Source: Deltaproteobacteria bacterium (GTDB lineage: Bacteria; Myxococcota; Kuafuiibacteriia; Kuafuiibacteriales; Kuafuiibacteriaceae). From it: a DNA stretch of 64,000 nucleotides. The notes below the pieces were generated by a model. The model was not told the DNA's origin. It searched no databases and saw only the letters and a program-made list of their open reading frames with translations. The translations under genes and the position numbers were made by a program. The DNA lies in contig JAVJQW010000033.1 of assembly GCA_040218735.1 (NCBI GenBank), positions 192,001 to 256,000 of the forward strand. Direction: 5' to 3'. Shown here one piece after another: positions 1 to 9,553 of this stretch. Position 1 is the stretch's first letter, and every line of letters begins with the position of its first letter.

Positions 1-253
1 CGCCGTCCCTGTCACCGTTGCTTTCGCCGCCGTCGCGGTCGGCGTTCGTCCCGCCGTCGCGGGGGCGCTCGAGGACGCAGACGTCCGCGGAGCACAATAG
101 CCCCGCGTTGCAGCTTCCGTTGCCGTAACACGGGCCGCCGAGGGTGCCGTCCGGCGTGGCGGGGGTGGGATCCGACGAGCAGCCGACCCCGCAGGCGAGG
201 GCCCAGGTGAGGGCGGTCGGTCCGAGGAGCCTGACGAGAGCTGACGCACGCAT
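1..253 (-). CDS. Partial (runs off window) Cys-rich putative lipoprotein
   Basis: Read directly from the sequence, not in the ORF track: ATG at 253, MRASALVRLLGPTALTWALACGVGCSSDP..., lipobox-like GVGC, Cys-rich GGPCYGNGSCNAGLLCSADVC, then RDGG linker repeats. Confidence 0.7.
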   Translation of the reverse strand, partial: MRASALVRLLGPTALTWALACGVGCSSDPTPATPDGTLGGPCYGNGSCNAGLLCSADVCVLERPRDGGTNADRDGGESNGDRDG

Positions 254-308
254 CCGCAAGGGAGTACGCGCCTGAGCCCCCGATCTACCTACATTCTTCC
301 GAAGGCTT

Positions 309-1442
309 TCACCCAAGGCGGGCCTTCAGGATCTCGCGCATCGCGTCGAGATCCGCGGGCTCCTTCACCGGGAAGAATCGCCCGCGCTCGCCTTCGCGGG
401 GAACGCGCAGGAGCGAGAGGGGGAGCAGGGCGCCGCCGTCGTTGTCGCAAACGCCGCTCGCCTCGCAGGTGATCGACTCGAGTTGGATGGCCGCGCGTCC
501 GTCGACCTTCTTCTTCACGACGTGACGCTGCAGGCCGATCGGGCGATCGATCGCGGCCGCGTCGAAGAGCATGTTGTTCGTCGAGAAGTCCGGGAGCGTG
601 TGTTGCTCGAAGTCCGGCGGGAACCGGAAGCCCTCGACGAGCTGGAGGAACCCGGCCACGCGCGCTGGCGCGCCGCCCTTGTCCCAGGCGCCGGACGCCG
701 TCCGACGTTTCTCGGTGACCTCCGCGGTCATCGGTCTGCCGCCGAGGATGTGGTGGCCGATCACGGCGGGCTCGACCGTCGCGCCGAGGTTGTCGACGTT
801 GCTGAACAGAAGGATCTGTACGCCGCGCGCGCGGAGCTTCTCGAGGACACCCGAGCGACGAATGCACGAGAAGAAGTCGCCGTGCCCCGGCGCGTGGTAG
901 CTCGGCTGGCCGTCGTCGCCGATGAAGAGCCCGAGCTGTTCGTCGAGCCGCACCGAGATCGACTGCGTGAACGAGAGGAGGTCTTCCTCCGCGAGCCCGA
1001 ACCTCGACGCCGCGTTCACGTGAGCCCAAGTCGCGGCGTCGGTGGCGAAGCTGTTCATGAGCACCAGCGGGACCGGCCGCCCGTACTTCTCGTGCGCGCG
1101 CTTCGCGTCGCGTGCTTTGAGCGCGATGAAGGTCAGACCGTCGAACACTTCGACGACACCCTTCACGACCCCGCCGAAGCGCGTCGCCATCCCGCCGTTG
1201 AGCACGACCGACGCGACCTTGCCGGCCTTCAGCGCGGCCTCGCCCGCGGCGCGCGCCTCTTCGTTCGTGAAGTCGAGATCGACGACGGTGTCGGCGGGCT
1301 CGATCGGGTCGGTGACGATCGCCGTCTCGGGCGAGAGTGTCCCGGCCCGCATCGCCGCGTACTCGCGTTCGAACCGGTCGCGTTCGAAGCCGAAGCGCTC
1401 CAGCAGCACGAAGTCGAGGCGCGGATCGTCGAGCACGTTCAT
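309..1442 (-). CDS. UDPGP-family nucleotide-sugar pyrophosphorylase (UTP--glucose-1-phosphate uridylyltransferase-like)
   Basis: Motifs VVLNGGMATRFGGVVKG, APGHGDFF, FSNVDNLGA, KGG, QLVEG, RFFPVKEPADL; start moved to ATG 1442 (MNVLDD) inside the 679-aa ORF. Confidence 0.85.
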   Translation of the reverse strand: MNVLDDPRLDFVLLERFGFERDRFEREYAAMRAGTLSPETAIVTDPIEPADTVVDLDFTNEEARAAGEAALKAGKVASVVLNGGMATRFGGVVKGVVEVFDGLTFIALKARDAKRAHEKYGRPVPLVLMNSFATDAATWAHVNAASRFGLAEEDLLSFTQSISVRLDEQLGLFIGDDGQPSYHAPGHGDFFSCIRRSGVLEKLRARGVQILLFSNVDNLGATVEPAVIGHHILGGRPMTAEVTEKRRTASGAWDKGGAPARVAGFLQLVEGFRFPPDFEQHTLPDFSTNNMLFDAAAIDRPIGLQRHVVKKKVDGRAAIQLESITCEASGVCDNDGGALLPLSLLRVPREGERGRFFPVKEPADLDAMREILKARLG

Positions 1443-1483
1443 CGCGCACCTCGATCCGATTTTTTGGGGCGGGCAGTCAAGGA

Positions 1484-4474
1484 TCAGCGCATGCGGCGCC
1501 GGATCTCGTGCGCCACGCGGTCGATGCGCTGCGCGGAAGCCTGTAGCAGGCGCTCCAGCTCCTGCGCGTAGTCGCCGCGCACACCGGCCAGGCGCAGCGG
1601 CGCGAGGTCCTTGGCGATCTCCACGATCTCCTCGGGGACCATCGAATCGTCGAAGGCCACGACCAGGCGATACAGGTCGCGCGCGCGTCGAAGGTCGGCG
1701 TTGGCGAGCATCAGGAACCGCAGGTCCGAGCGACACTCGGGGAGCACGTCCGCCGCCATGCCGAGCAGCTCCGGAACCAGCGGGCCGGGGAGGTCCGCGA
1801 TGATTCGGATCGCGAGCCACAACAGGTGAATCTCGCGGAGGCCCCCCGCGCCGAGCTTCAGGTTCAGCGTTTGAGGGAGCGCCGTGCGGCGGTCCTCGAG
1901 CTCGTCGAGGATGTCGCGCACGAAGGCTGCGCCGTTGTGCTTCGACACCAGATCGCGCACCTCCTCGTTGTACCCGCGCGCCACGACGGGGTCGCCGAGG
2001 AAGAAGCGCGCTTCGAGGATCTCGGCTTCGTCGATGAACGTCTCCGACGAGCGGTTCTTGAAGTAGTCGACCAGCTCCGGGATCGAAACCACGTACGCGT
2101 TGAAGTGTTCGGTGAAGCGGTTGTGCGGGTGGAGCCCGCGGCGAGTCATCGCGCCGGAGACACGCTGGAGGACCTTGCCGAAGAACTTCTTCAGCCCGCG
2201 GTCGTCGCGGTCGACCACCGCGAGGTAGTCCCAGTCGCCGCCGAACGCCTCGCCGCGTCCGTAGCCGCCGGTCGCGTAGACCGCGATGCGCGATCCGGGG
2301 CGGTAGTGTTGGAACATCGGCGAGCGCTGGCGCACCTCGCGGAAACACGCCTTGAAGAGCTCGCGTACGTAGATGTCGACAGCGCCCGTGAACTCCTCGT
2401 CGCGCGCGGCGGGGGCGCCTTCGAGGATCGCGATCAGCGCAGCGCGGAGGACCGCGACGTCGAACGCATCTCCGAGCAGCTCGATCTGCTGCTGCGGCCG
2501 TCGTTCGTGCGCCGCCTGCTGGTTGATCTCACTCGCGAGATCCTTGAGGCGGCGCGCGTCGCCGAGGCGTGTGAGGAAGTCGGGCGCCCGCGCGAGGACC
2601 CGCGTGCTGATGCGCCCCACCGCGTTGGAGCGGTGATACGCGAGCACGATGACCGAACGTAGCGCGCGCACCACCCGTGCGCCGCGGGTCGAGGTGTCCG
2701 CGGCTTCGATGGTGTCGGCGAGCTTCGCGATCTGGCGCGGCGAGTAGGCGACGGCCAGCCGGTACAGCGCGTCGGCGGTGGCCTCGGTGTCGAGCCGTTG
2801 CGTGAGGCGCTCGAGCGCGACCTCGCTCGACTCGAGGTGCGCCATCATCGCGCTCCACATCCAGGTCGCGGTTGCCGCGTCGCCCTCGATGCCCTCTTCA
2901 TGATCGCGCTGCGCGACGTAGACGAGGAACTCGATAAGCGCGGCGGCGTCCTCCGCCATCATGTCGACGTAGCGCTGCGCCACCTTCGCTCGGTGCGCGA
3001 TGGGGATCCGGCCGAAGTCGTCGGTGAACCGCTCCGCGGTTCGGCGGCTCTGCGCGATCAGCTCGACGACCTCGTCCCAGAACACGCTGCCCTTGTAGTT
3101 CTCGAGCGCGGAGAGCAGGCCGAGCACGAAGTTCTCCTCCGAGCCCGCAGTGAGCGCGCGGTCCTTCTCGACGATCTGACGGAACGTCGAGACGCGCATC
3201 AGGTGCGTGTCGATCTGCTCCTGCAGCTTCGCGACGCAGTCCAACGCGCGCCCGCGAATCTCCGTGTACGCGCCCATCAGGCGATCTTCCGCGGAGCGAC
3301 GCGCGGAGGCGCCGAGCCCGAGCAACAACGCGACGCGGTGGGACGCGGTGCGGATGTCGTCGTCCGACAGGTCGAACTCGTCGGCCTGGAAGACGTACAG
3401 CGACATCAACGTGCGCAGGATCTCGTTCTGCACGAACGCGTCCGCGAGCTGCGTGTACGTCTTGGCGTGTTCGACGTCGACCTCCGCCATCTTCGCGAGC
3501 GCGTGACAGGGGAGGGGATCGTGCACGCCGTGGATGACGCGCATGGCGCTCGTCGCGAGCTTGGTGGGGACGTAGATCTCACGCTTCGGCGCGAGCACCC
3601 CGGGCACCATCGGCGGCGACAGGTAGTACCGCAGCTCGTGCATCACGGATCGCAGGAAGCCTTCGTGGGCGATCGGGCGACCCTGGCCGGCGTAGTAGTT
3701 GATGATGACGCGATCGTCGAGCGAGCGCGCGAGCGCTTTGTCCCCGCAGAGGAACTGCGAGCCGAGCAGCTGCATCACCGACACCACGCTGCGCGTCGGA
3801 CGTTCGAGCAGCTCCGCGTACTCGTCGAGGAGCGCGCCGGTGCGCGGCGTCGAGAACTGTTCGGTGAGGAACAGCTGCACCTTCGACGCGTAGCGGAGGA
3901 AGGTCTTCGCGACGAGTGAGAAGCCGCGCGCCAACGCATCGCGCGCTTCGATCGAACGCACGACGATCGCGAGATCAACGTCCTCGTGATCCGTCAGCGC
4001 GCCGACGTTGAAGGCGACGTAGTCACGCTTCGATAGGTCCGGCGCTGCGGCCGCGATCGAGAGATCGAGCAGCGCCGCGATCCAATCGCGACGCGTTCGC
4101 TCCGCTTCGACGTAGATGCGGTGGCAGGTCAGGACGCGGTGCCCCGGGTCGGTGTTGAAGCTCTCGCGCAGGAGGTCGCGCGCGGTCTCCGCCTGCGTGC
4201 GGAGGTAGTGGTGCGCGAAGTACGCGCCGAACAGCGCGGTTCGGTTCTCGCGATGCACGCGTGCGAACTTGTCGATCGCCCGCATCGCGCGCGCGGGGCT
4301 CTCGGGCGCGGCGTCGAGGGGCGCGGCGCCCTCGCTCCACGCGGAGGCGGCGATCAGCTTCTCACGGTGACGCTGGCTCGCGCGGAGGAGCTTGCGGGTG
4401 TGGTTCGCGAAGCGCTCGATCTCGCGGCCGAGCTTCTTGAAGCAGGGATCGAACGTGAGTGGCTGCTCCGTCAC
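1484..4474 (-). CDS. GlnE-like tandem nucleotidyltransferase protein
   Basis: C-terminal NTase motif AVYATGGYGRGEAFGGDWDYLAV followed by EARFFLGD and LNLKLGAGGLREIH (GlnE/GlnD-type); divergent N-terminal NTase-like motif NVGALTDHEDVDLAIVV; 996 aa. Confidence 0.7.
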   Translation of the reverse strand: MTEQPLTFDPCFKKLGREIERFANHTRKLLRASQRHREKLIAASAWSEGAAPLDAAPESPARAMRAIDKFARVHRENRTALFGAYFAHHYLRTQAETARDLLRESFNTDPGHRVLTCHRIYVEAERTRRDWIAALLDLSIAAAAPDLSKRDYVAFNVGALTDHEDVDLAIVVRSIEARDALARGFSLVAKTFLRYASKVQLFLTEQFSTPRTGALLDEYAELLERPTRSVVSVMQLLGSQFLCGDKALARSLDDRVIINYYAGQGRPIAHEGFLRSVMHELRYYLSPPMVPGVLAPKREIYVPTKLATSAMRVIHGVHDPLPCHALAKMAEVDVEHAKTYTQLADAFVQNEILRTLMSLYVFQADEFDLSDDDIRTASHRVALLLGLGASARRSAEDRLMGAYTEIRGRALDCVAKLQEQIDTHLMRVSTFRQIVEKDRALTAGSEENFVLGLLSALENYKGSVFWDEVVELIAQSRRTAERFTDDFGRIPIAHRAKVAQRYVDMMAEDAAALIEFLVYVAQRDHEEGIEGDAATATWMWSAMMAHLESSEVALERLTQRLDTEATADALYRLAVAYSPRQIAKLADTIEAADTSTRGARVVRALRSVIVLAYHRSNAVGRISTRVLARAPDFLTRLGDARRLKDLASEINQQAAHERRPQQQIELLGDAFDVAVLRAALIAILEGAPAARDEEFTGAVDIYVRELFKACFREVRQRSPMFQHYRPGSRIAVYATGGYGRGEAFGGDWDYLAVVDRDDRGLKKFFGKVLQRVSGAMTRRGLHPHNRFTEHFNAYVVSIPELVDYFKNRSSETFIDEAEILEARFFLGDPVVARGYNEEVRDLVSKHNGAAFVRDILDELEDRRTALPQTLNLKLGAGGLREIHLLWLAIRIIADLPGPLVPELLGMAADVLPECRSDLRFLMLANADLRRARDLYRLVVAFDDSMVPEEIVEIAKDLAPLRLAGVRGDYAQELERLLQASAQRIDRVAHEIRRRMR

Positions 4475-5232
4475 GAGTTCTTCTCGATGTAGATCGCCGA
4501 GAGGTGGCGCCCCGTGACGCCTCGGTCACGACGGTGCGAATAGAACCGCGATTCGTCCTGGAAGGTACAGGCTCCCGCGACGTCGACCTGACGACGCTCG
4601 ATGCCGAGGCGCTCGAGCTGCATCACCAACAGCTCGACGAGATCGAGGTGCGGGGTGTTCTTCGGGGACGTCCCGACCGGCGGCGCGTCGCCATCGAGCG
4701 AGGCGCGCGCGGCCTCGACGACCTCCGGGCCCACCTCGAAGTGGAGCTTGGAGATCGCCGGTCCGATCGCGAAGAAGAGGCGGGACGGCGCTGCGCCCTT
4801 GGCGAGCAGGGCCTCGACCGCGACGCGCAGGATCCCAGCCGTCGCGCCTCGCCACCCGGCGTGCACCGCCGCGACGGCGATGGGGGCGAGCCGGGCGTCG
4901 ACGGCCGCGATCAGGACGGGGGCGCAGTCCGCCGTCCGCACGCCCACGGCGACGCCGGCGCGCGCGGTGATCAGGCCATCCGCGTCCGCACCTCGGGCGC
5001 CTTCGGCGTCGAGGACGGTCGTCCCGTGGACCTGGTTGACCTCCACGAAGGCCGCCGGATCGTCGAGCCCGATCGCCGTCGCGAACTGGCGCCGGTTGGC
5101 TTCGGGCGCACCGGGCGCCAGATCCAGGGAGGCATACGGTCCCGTCGAAACCCCACCGAGTCGAGTGGAAAACCCGTGAGAAACGTACCGAATACGAGCA
5201 AGGATCGGGCTTTGTAGGGCGCTGTCATTCAT
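4471..5232 (-). CDS. pgeF: Peptidoglycan editing factor PgeF / YfiH-type purine nucleoside phosphorylase
   Basis: HGFSTRLGGVS, QVHG, ADGLIT, RTADCAPVL, HAGWRG, IGPAI, FEVG, FYSHRRD motifs. Confidence 0.92.
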   Translation of the reverse strand: MNDSALQSPILARIRYVSHGFSTRLGGVSTGPYASLDLAPGAPEANRRQFATAIGLDDPAAFVEVNQVHGTTVLDAEGARGADADGLITARAGVAVGVRTADCAPVLIAAVDARLAPIAVAAVHAGWRGATAGILRVAVEALLAKGAAPSRLFFAIGPAISKLHFEVGPEVVEAARASLDGDAPPVGTSPKNTPHLDLVELLVMQLERLGIERRQVDVAGACTFQDESRFYSHRRDRGVTGRHLSAIYIEKNS

Positions 5233-5391
5233 CGGTGTGGGTATTGACCGCAAAACTGACCAAATCGAGACGCGTATGCTGATGACGAATTCATACAAAC
5301 GTTGCGCAGTCCGCGACCGCAGCGTTCGTGGGGCCCACGTCGAGAGAGCTGACCCGTCGGTTGGACCGCGCGTTGCACTTCACGCCCCGCG

Positions 5392-7344
5392 ATGACGACG
5401 CCGGCTTTGCGAGACTGTCGCGATGATAGCGCTGGGTGTGATTTCGAGACAGCCCCCAAGGCCGACCTCGATCGCCTGCTCACCGGGCGCGCCGTCGACC
5501 GTGTCCTCGAGCGCCGCCGCCGCCTCGGGGATTCCTCCGTCGTCCCCGTCCTCACCGTGCGCTACGAGCCCCCGCTGTCCGAAGCGGACTGCGCCCGCCT
5601 CGAAGCCGAGCACAACGCCGCCACCAAGGCCTCGTGGGTGGGCTCGGTGCGCATCGAATCGGCGCGGGTTCGCATGGAGACCATCGAGCTGACACTCGCG
5701 CCGCTCACCGCCGAACACGTCCCGCTCGAGACCCTCCGCCGCCACGCCCGGGTTGGTCTCTCCCCCGAGCTCGCGGTGAGCTTCCTGGTCGACGTCGCCA
5801 CCGCGATGTCCGGTGCTGTGCACGGCGGGCTCCACCCGCGACGCGTCGTCGTCCTCGCTGACGGGGAGGTGAAGCTGGTCGGTACGCGTTCGTCCGGGCT
5901 CTCGCGTGTGCTCGCGCCGGCCCTCACGAAGAACGAGGGCGATGTGTGGCGCGCCCCCGAGCAGAAGTGGGGCGCGACGCCCGACGAGCGCAGCGATGTG
6001 TACGCGCTGGGGCTGCTCCTGTTCTGGCTCCTCAGCGACGACCTCGACGTGCCGTCCCTCGTGCGGCGCGCGCGCACCGCGAGCCACGAGACGACGATCC
6101 CGCTGGAGATCGCCGAAGCGATCATGTGCGCGGTCTCGGAGGACCCGGCGCTGCGTTACCCGGAGCCGCTCGCGTTCTGCCAGGCCGTCACGGCGCACGT
6201 CATGCCGACGAGCGACCGCACGATCATCACCAACGCCCTGCGTTACATCATCGACGCCGGACGCGGAGGCCTCGCCGCGATGCTCGGCGCGGTGGAGATC
6301 GAGGCGAAGGACACCGCCGACCCGTTTTCGCCGCTCGCGGACGGCCCCGCGGTCGAAGACTTCGACGCGCTCGAGCCGGAGGAGGCCGCCGAAGTCGTCG
6401 CGCCCCTCGGGCTCGACTCGCGCAGCATCGCCGTGTCCGTCGCGCCCGTCGCAGGCTTCGAGGGCGCGAAGCCCAACGCGACGGAGCGGCTGTCCGTTGC
6501 GCCGCCCGTCGAGCTCGGCGTTCCGCGTGTGATCACCGAGAAGTCGAACGTGGAGATGATCGAGGAGCGCCCCGCGCAAGAGCGCGCGCTCCCGCTCCCG
6601 GTGCGCGACGTCCCGGAGCTGATGCCGCCGTCGCCCGTCGCCGACGCCGCGCCGATCGTCGACGTGAACGACTACTCGATCGCACCGGCGGAGGCCGCGC
6701 CGCGACCCGAGTCCCAGACGCCGAAGCCCCCGTCCGCCGACCTCGACTTCGAAGATGAGCCGTGGAGCCCGACGCACCTCCCCGATGCTTCGGTCCCCGC
6801 GCCGAAGCGTTCGCGCCTGCCGTACGCGATCGGCGGCGCGATGATGGGCGTCGCGGTGGTCGCGAGCCTCGGGTGGGCGTTTGCGCCCAACGCCGAGCGC
6901 GGCGCCGAGGAGATGGAGCGCGTCGCCGCCGCGCCGGTCGCGCCGGTCGAAGCGCCCGTGGCGAGCCCGGCGGAGGACGTCGCGGCGCCGGAGCCCGAGG
7001 CACCGGCCGAGGCCGCCGAAGCCGGCCCGGAGATCGTCGAGGCCGAAGCGACGGTCGTGAACGCGGAGCCGGCGGGCGTTCCGCTGGACCTCATGACGAT
7101 CATGAGTCATCCGTCCGGCGCGACGGTCTCGATCGACGGGCGCATCGTCGGCCGCACGCCCTTCGTCACCAAGCGTGCGCTCGAGCCGCGCGAGTACCGC
7201 GTCGAGGTCCGGCTCCCTGGCCACGAGCGGTGGCAGCGCATGGTCACGCCGAACGCCGACCACGGCACGATCAGCCTGGTCGCGCAGCTCGTCGAGCAGC
7301 CCGAAGTGAAGACGGCGTCGGCGGAGTTTCCGCTCGAGCCCTGA
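5392..7344 (+). CDS. Ser/Thr pseudokinase with TM helix and C-terminal PEGA domain
   Basis: Degenerate kinase C-lobe (VHGGLHPRRVVV, APEQ, SDVYALG); acidic Pro/Ala linker; TM AIGGAMMGVAVVASLGWAF; PEGA SHPSGATVSIDGRIVGRTP. Confidence 0.75.
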   Translation: MTTPALRDCRDDSAGCDFETAPKADLDRLLTGRAVDRVLERRRRLGDSSVVPVLTVRYEPPLSEADCARLEAEHNAATKASWVGSVRIESARVRMETIELTLAPLTAEHVPLETLRRHARVGLSPELAVSFLVDVATAMSGAVHGGLHPRRVVVLADGEVKLVGTRSSGLSRVLAPALTKNEGDVWRAPEQKWGATPDERSDVYALGLLLFWLLSDDLDVPSLVRRARTASHETTIPLEIAEAIMCAVSEDPALRYPEPLAFCQAVTAHVMPTSDRTIITNALRYIIDAGRGGLAAMLGAVEIEAKDTADPFSPLADGPAVEDFDALEPEEAAEVVAPLGLDSRSIAVSVAPVAGFEGAKPNATERLSVAPPVELGVPRVITEKSNVEMIEERPAQERALPLPVRDVPELMPPSPVADAAPIVDVNDYSIAPAEAAPRPESQTPKPPSADLDFEDEPWSPTHLPDASVPAPKRSRLPYAIGGAMMGVAVVASLGWAFAPNAERGAEEMERVAAAPVAPVEAPVASPAEDVAAPEPEAPAEAAEAGPEIVEAEATVVNAEPAGVPLDLMTIMSHPSGATVSIDGRIVGRTPFVTKRALEPREYRVEVRLPGHERWQRMVTPNADHGTISLVAQLVEQPEVKTASAEFPLEP

Positions 7345-7349
7345 CGGGA

Positions 7350-8270
7350 TCACTCGCCGCGTCGCAGTGACTCGATCAGGGCCCCGAGGTCTTCGGGGAT
7401 GGGGGCTTCGAGGGCGACCTCGGAGCCTTCGATCGGGTGGGTGAAGGCGAGCCGATACGCGTGCAGCGCGGGGCGGCCGATCGCGTGCGCCTGACGGCCG
7501 TAGGTCGTGTCGCCGACGAGCGGGTGCCCGCGGTCCGCGAGGTGTACGCGGATCTGATGCGTGCGTCCGGTGTGGAGCTGGATCTGCACGAGGCTCGCGG
7601 TGTCGAACGATTCGAGGACTTCGTACTCGGTGACCGCGCGTTTGCCGGCGGCGACGCGTGAGCTGAACTTCTGACGCTGCGTCGGGTGGCGCCCGTAGAA
7701 CGTGTCGATCGTGTCCTTGGGCGGGCGCAGCTCTCCGCGCGCCACGGCGAGGTACGTCTTTTCGATCCGCCGCTCCGCGAACGCGGCCGCGAGCAGCTCG
7801 TGGGCGCGTATGTGTTTCGCGACGACGATGACGCCGGTCGTCCCGCGGTCGAGGCGATGGACGATCCCGGGGCGCACGTCACCCTTCGCGCCCTCCAGCG
7901 TTCCGACGTGGTGGAGCACCGCGTTCACGAGGGTGCCGCTCGGGTGTCCGACGGCCGGGTGCACGACGAGGCCGGCGGGTTTGTCGACGGCGAGGTAGTG
8001 CGCATCCTCGAAGAGGATCGACAGTGGGATGTCTTCGGGCTCCAGCTCGATCGGTTCGGGCGGCGGCGGCGTGTAGACGATCTTCTGCCCGGCTTCGAGC
8101 TTCGTCTTCGCGCCGCGGGCGGGGGGCTCACCGTCCACGAGGACGGCGCCTTGTTCGATGTGTTTTTGGAGGGTCGTGCGCGAGCTGCCGGGCACGAGCG
8201 CGGCGAGCGTGCGGTCGAGGCGGTCGCCGGCGTGTTGCGCTTCGACGACGAGCTCGATCGTGTCGCTCAC
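7350..8270 (-). CDS. rluD: RluA-family pseudouridine synthase (RluD) with S4 domain
   Basis: RLDRTLA S4 domain, VDKPAGLVVHP, GIVHRLDRGTTG, TGRTHQIRVH, LHAYRLAFTHP. Confidence 0.93.
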   Translation of the reverse strand: MSDTIELVVEAQHAGDRLDRTLAALVPGSSRTTLQKHIEQGAVLVDGEPPARGAKTKLEAGQKIVYTPPPPEPIELEPEDIPLSILFEDAHYLAVDKPAGLVVHPAVGHPSGTLVNAVLHHVGTLEGAKGDVRPGIVHRLDRGTTGVIVVAKHIRAHELLAAAFAERRIEKTYLAVARGELRPPKDTIDTFYGRHPTQRQKFSSRVAAGKRAVTEYEVLESFDTASLVQIQLHTGRTHQIRVHLADRGHPLVGDTTYGRQAHAIGRPALHAYRLAFTHPIEGSEVALEAPIPEDLGALIESLRRGE

Positions 8271-8533
8271 CAGATCTTCGACTTGATGTGCCCCTTGCTC
8301 TTCAGGATCACGTCGACCACCGCGCGGTAGTAGAAGTTCGAGGTCTCGAAGAGGTCCGGAGCCACGCGGCTTCGGTAGAGGTTGAGGCCTTCGTCGAGCT
8401 CGTCCGTGAGGACGTCGAAGAGGTTGTCGTCCTTGATCCCTTGGATGATCTTCTCTTCGTTGTAGAGCGAGATGTCACTCGCGATGGCGCGAGCGAGGCG
8501 CATGGCCGCTTCCGGCGTGTCGATCAGGGCCAC
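8267..8533 (-). CDS. romX: Small conserved protein resembling myxobacterial polarity factor RomX
   Basis: About 88 aa; AMRLARAIASDISLYNEEKI...KSKIW matches my recollection of RomX (recalled, not searched); stop overlaps rluD start. Confidence 0.65.
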   Translation of the reverse strand: MALIDTPEAAMRLARAIASDISLYNEEKIIQGIKDDNLFDVLTDELDEGLNLYRSRVAPDLFETSNFYYRAVVDVILKSKGHIKSKIW

Positions 8534-8566
8534 GAATCCCTCGTTTAGGAGCAATCGGACGCAGCG

Positions 8567-8935
8567 TCAAGGCTCCGCCCGGCTCGCCATCCAAGCCTCC
8601 CAGCGGGGCACGTAGGAGGTCGAGACGGCGTCCTCGTCGAGGCCGATCTCCCGGGCGATGCACCGCACGAACCCGCGCACGTACACGCGGGCGTTCGGCA
8701 TGTCCTCGTAGCGTTCGTCCTCGAGCGCCCGCAGGATCTTGCGGCTGATCTTCGTGCGCGCGGAGAGCTCGTCGTGTGACAGCCCCTTCTTCTCGCGCTC
8801 CTTCTTGATCCGCGCGCCGTCGAACGAGCCGCCCGAAGAGGCGGCCTTCTTGGCCTTCGCCTCTTCCTTCGGCGCGTCGTCCTTGGCCTCCGCGTCGTCC
8901 TTCTTCTTCTCGGGCGTCTTCGAGCTCTTCGCCAC
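8567..8935 (-). CDS. Helix-turn-helix protein (RodZ-like HTH_25)
   Basis: IKKEREKKGLSHDELSARTKISRKILRALEDERYEDMPNARVYVRGFVRCIARE. Confidence 0.85.
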   Translation of the reverse strand: MAKSSKTPEKKKDDAEAKDDAPKEEAKAKKAASSGGSFDGARIKKEREKKGLSHDELSARTKISRKILRALEDERYEDMPNARVYVRGFVRCIAREIGLDEDAVSTSYVPRWEAWMASRAEP

Positions 8936-8944
8936 GGGCCGAAG

Positions 8945-9553
8945 CTACTCCTCTTTGAGCTCGGTGTTCCAGTAGCTTGCGTCGATGAAGCTCAAGAAGG
9001 GCCGCCAGTCCTCGTACGGATACGCCCCGTTCTTGCCGCGCTCGAACGGCGACCACCGCGGGCGGGCCGGCTTCTTCAGCAGCCGCATGTTCGCCTCCGC
9101 GGGCGTGCGGCCCCCCTTCTCGAGGTTGCACTTGATACAGCTGCACACGACGTTGTCCCAGGTGGTCCGCCCGCCCTTGCTGCGGGGGATGACGTGGTCG
9201 AGGTTCAGCTCGGAGCGCGGGAGGCGCTTGGCGCAGTACTGACAGGTGAGGCGGTCGCGCAGGTAGATGTTCTGTCGCGAGAAGCGCACGTGCAGCCGCG
9301 GGAGCCGGTCGTAGACCTGCAGCATGATCACGCGCGGGACACGAATCGCCGTCTGCACCGTGCGAACGACGTCCTCGTCGCTGAGCTCCGCCGATAACGC
9401 GGCCCAGGACTCGAAGTCGAACGTCTGGAACTCCTTGTCGATCGCCTTGGCGGTCCCCTGATACAGCAGCGCGAAGGCGCGCCGCACCGTCGTGATGTTG
9501 ATCGGCTGGTAGAGCCGATTCAGCACGAGGACGCTGGAGTCGAGTACGGTCAT
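8945..9553 (-). CDS. HNH endonuclease (McrA-like)
   Basis: VLVLNRLYQP, RDRLTCQYC, LNLDHVIPRSKGG, WDNVVCSCIKCNLEKG. Confidence 0.9.
   Translation of the reverse strand: MTVLDSSVLVLNRLYQPINITTVRRAFALLYQGTAKAIDKEFQTFDFESWAALSAELSDEDVVRTVQTAIRVPRVIMLQVYDRLPRLHVRFSRQNIYLRDRLTCQYCAKRLPRSELNLDHVIPRSKGGRTTWDNVVCSCIKCNLEKGGRTPAEANMRLLKKPARPRWSPFERGKNGAYPYEDWRPFLSFIDASYWNTELKEE

Noticed and set aside
8945-9553. HNH endonuclease as a mobile or defence element
   Set aside because: Belongs to the widespread chromosomal VLVLN-type HNH family, sits in an operon, and has no intron, methylase or repeats nearby.
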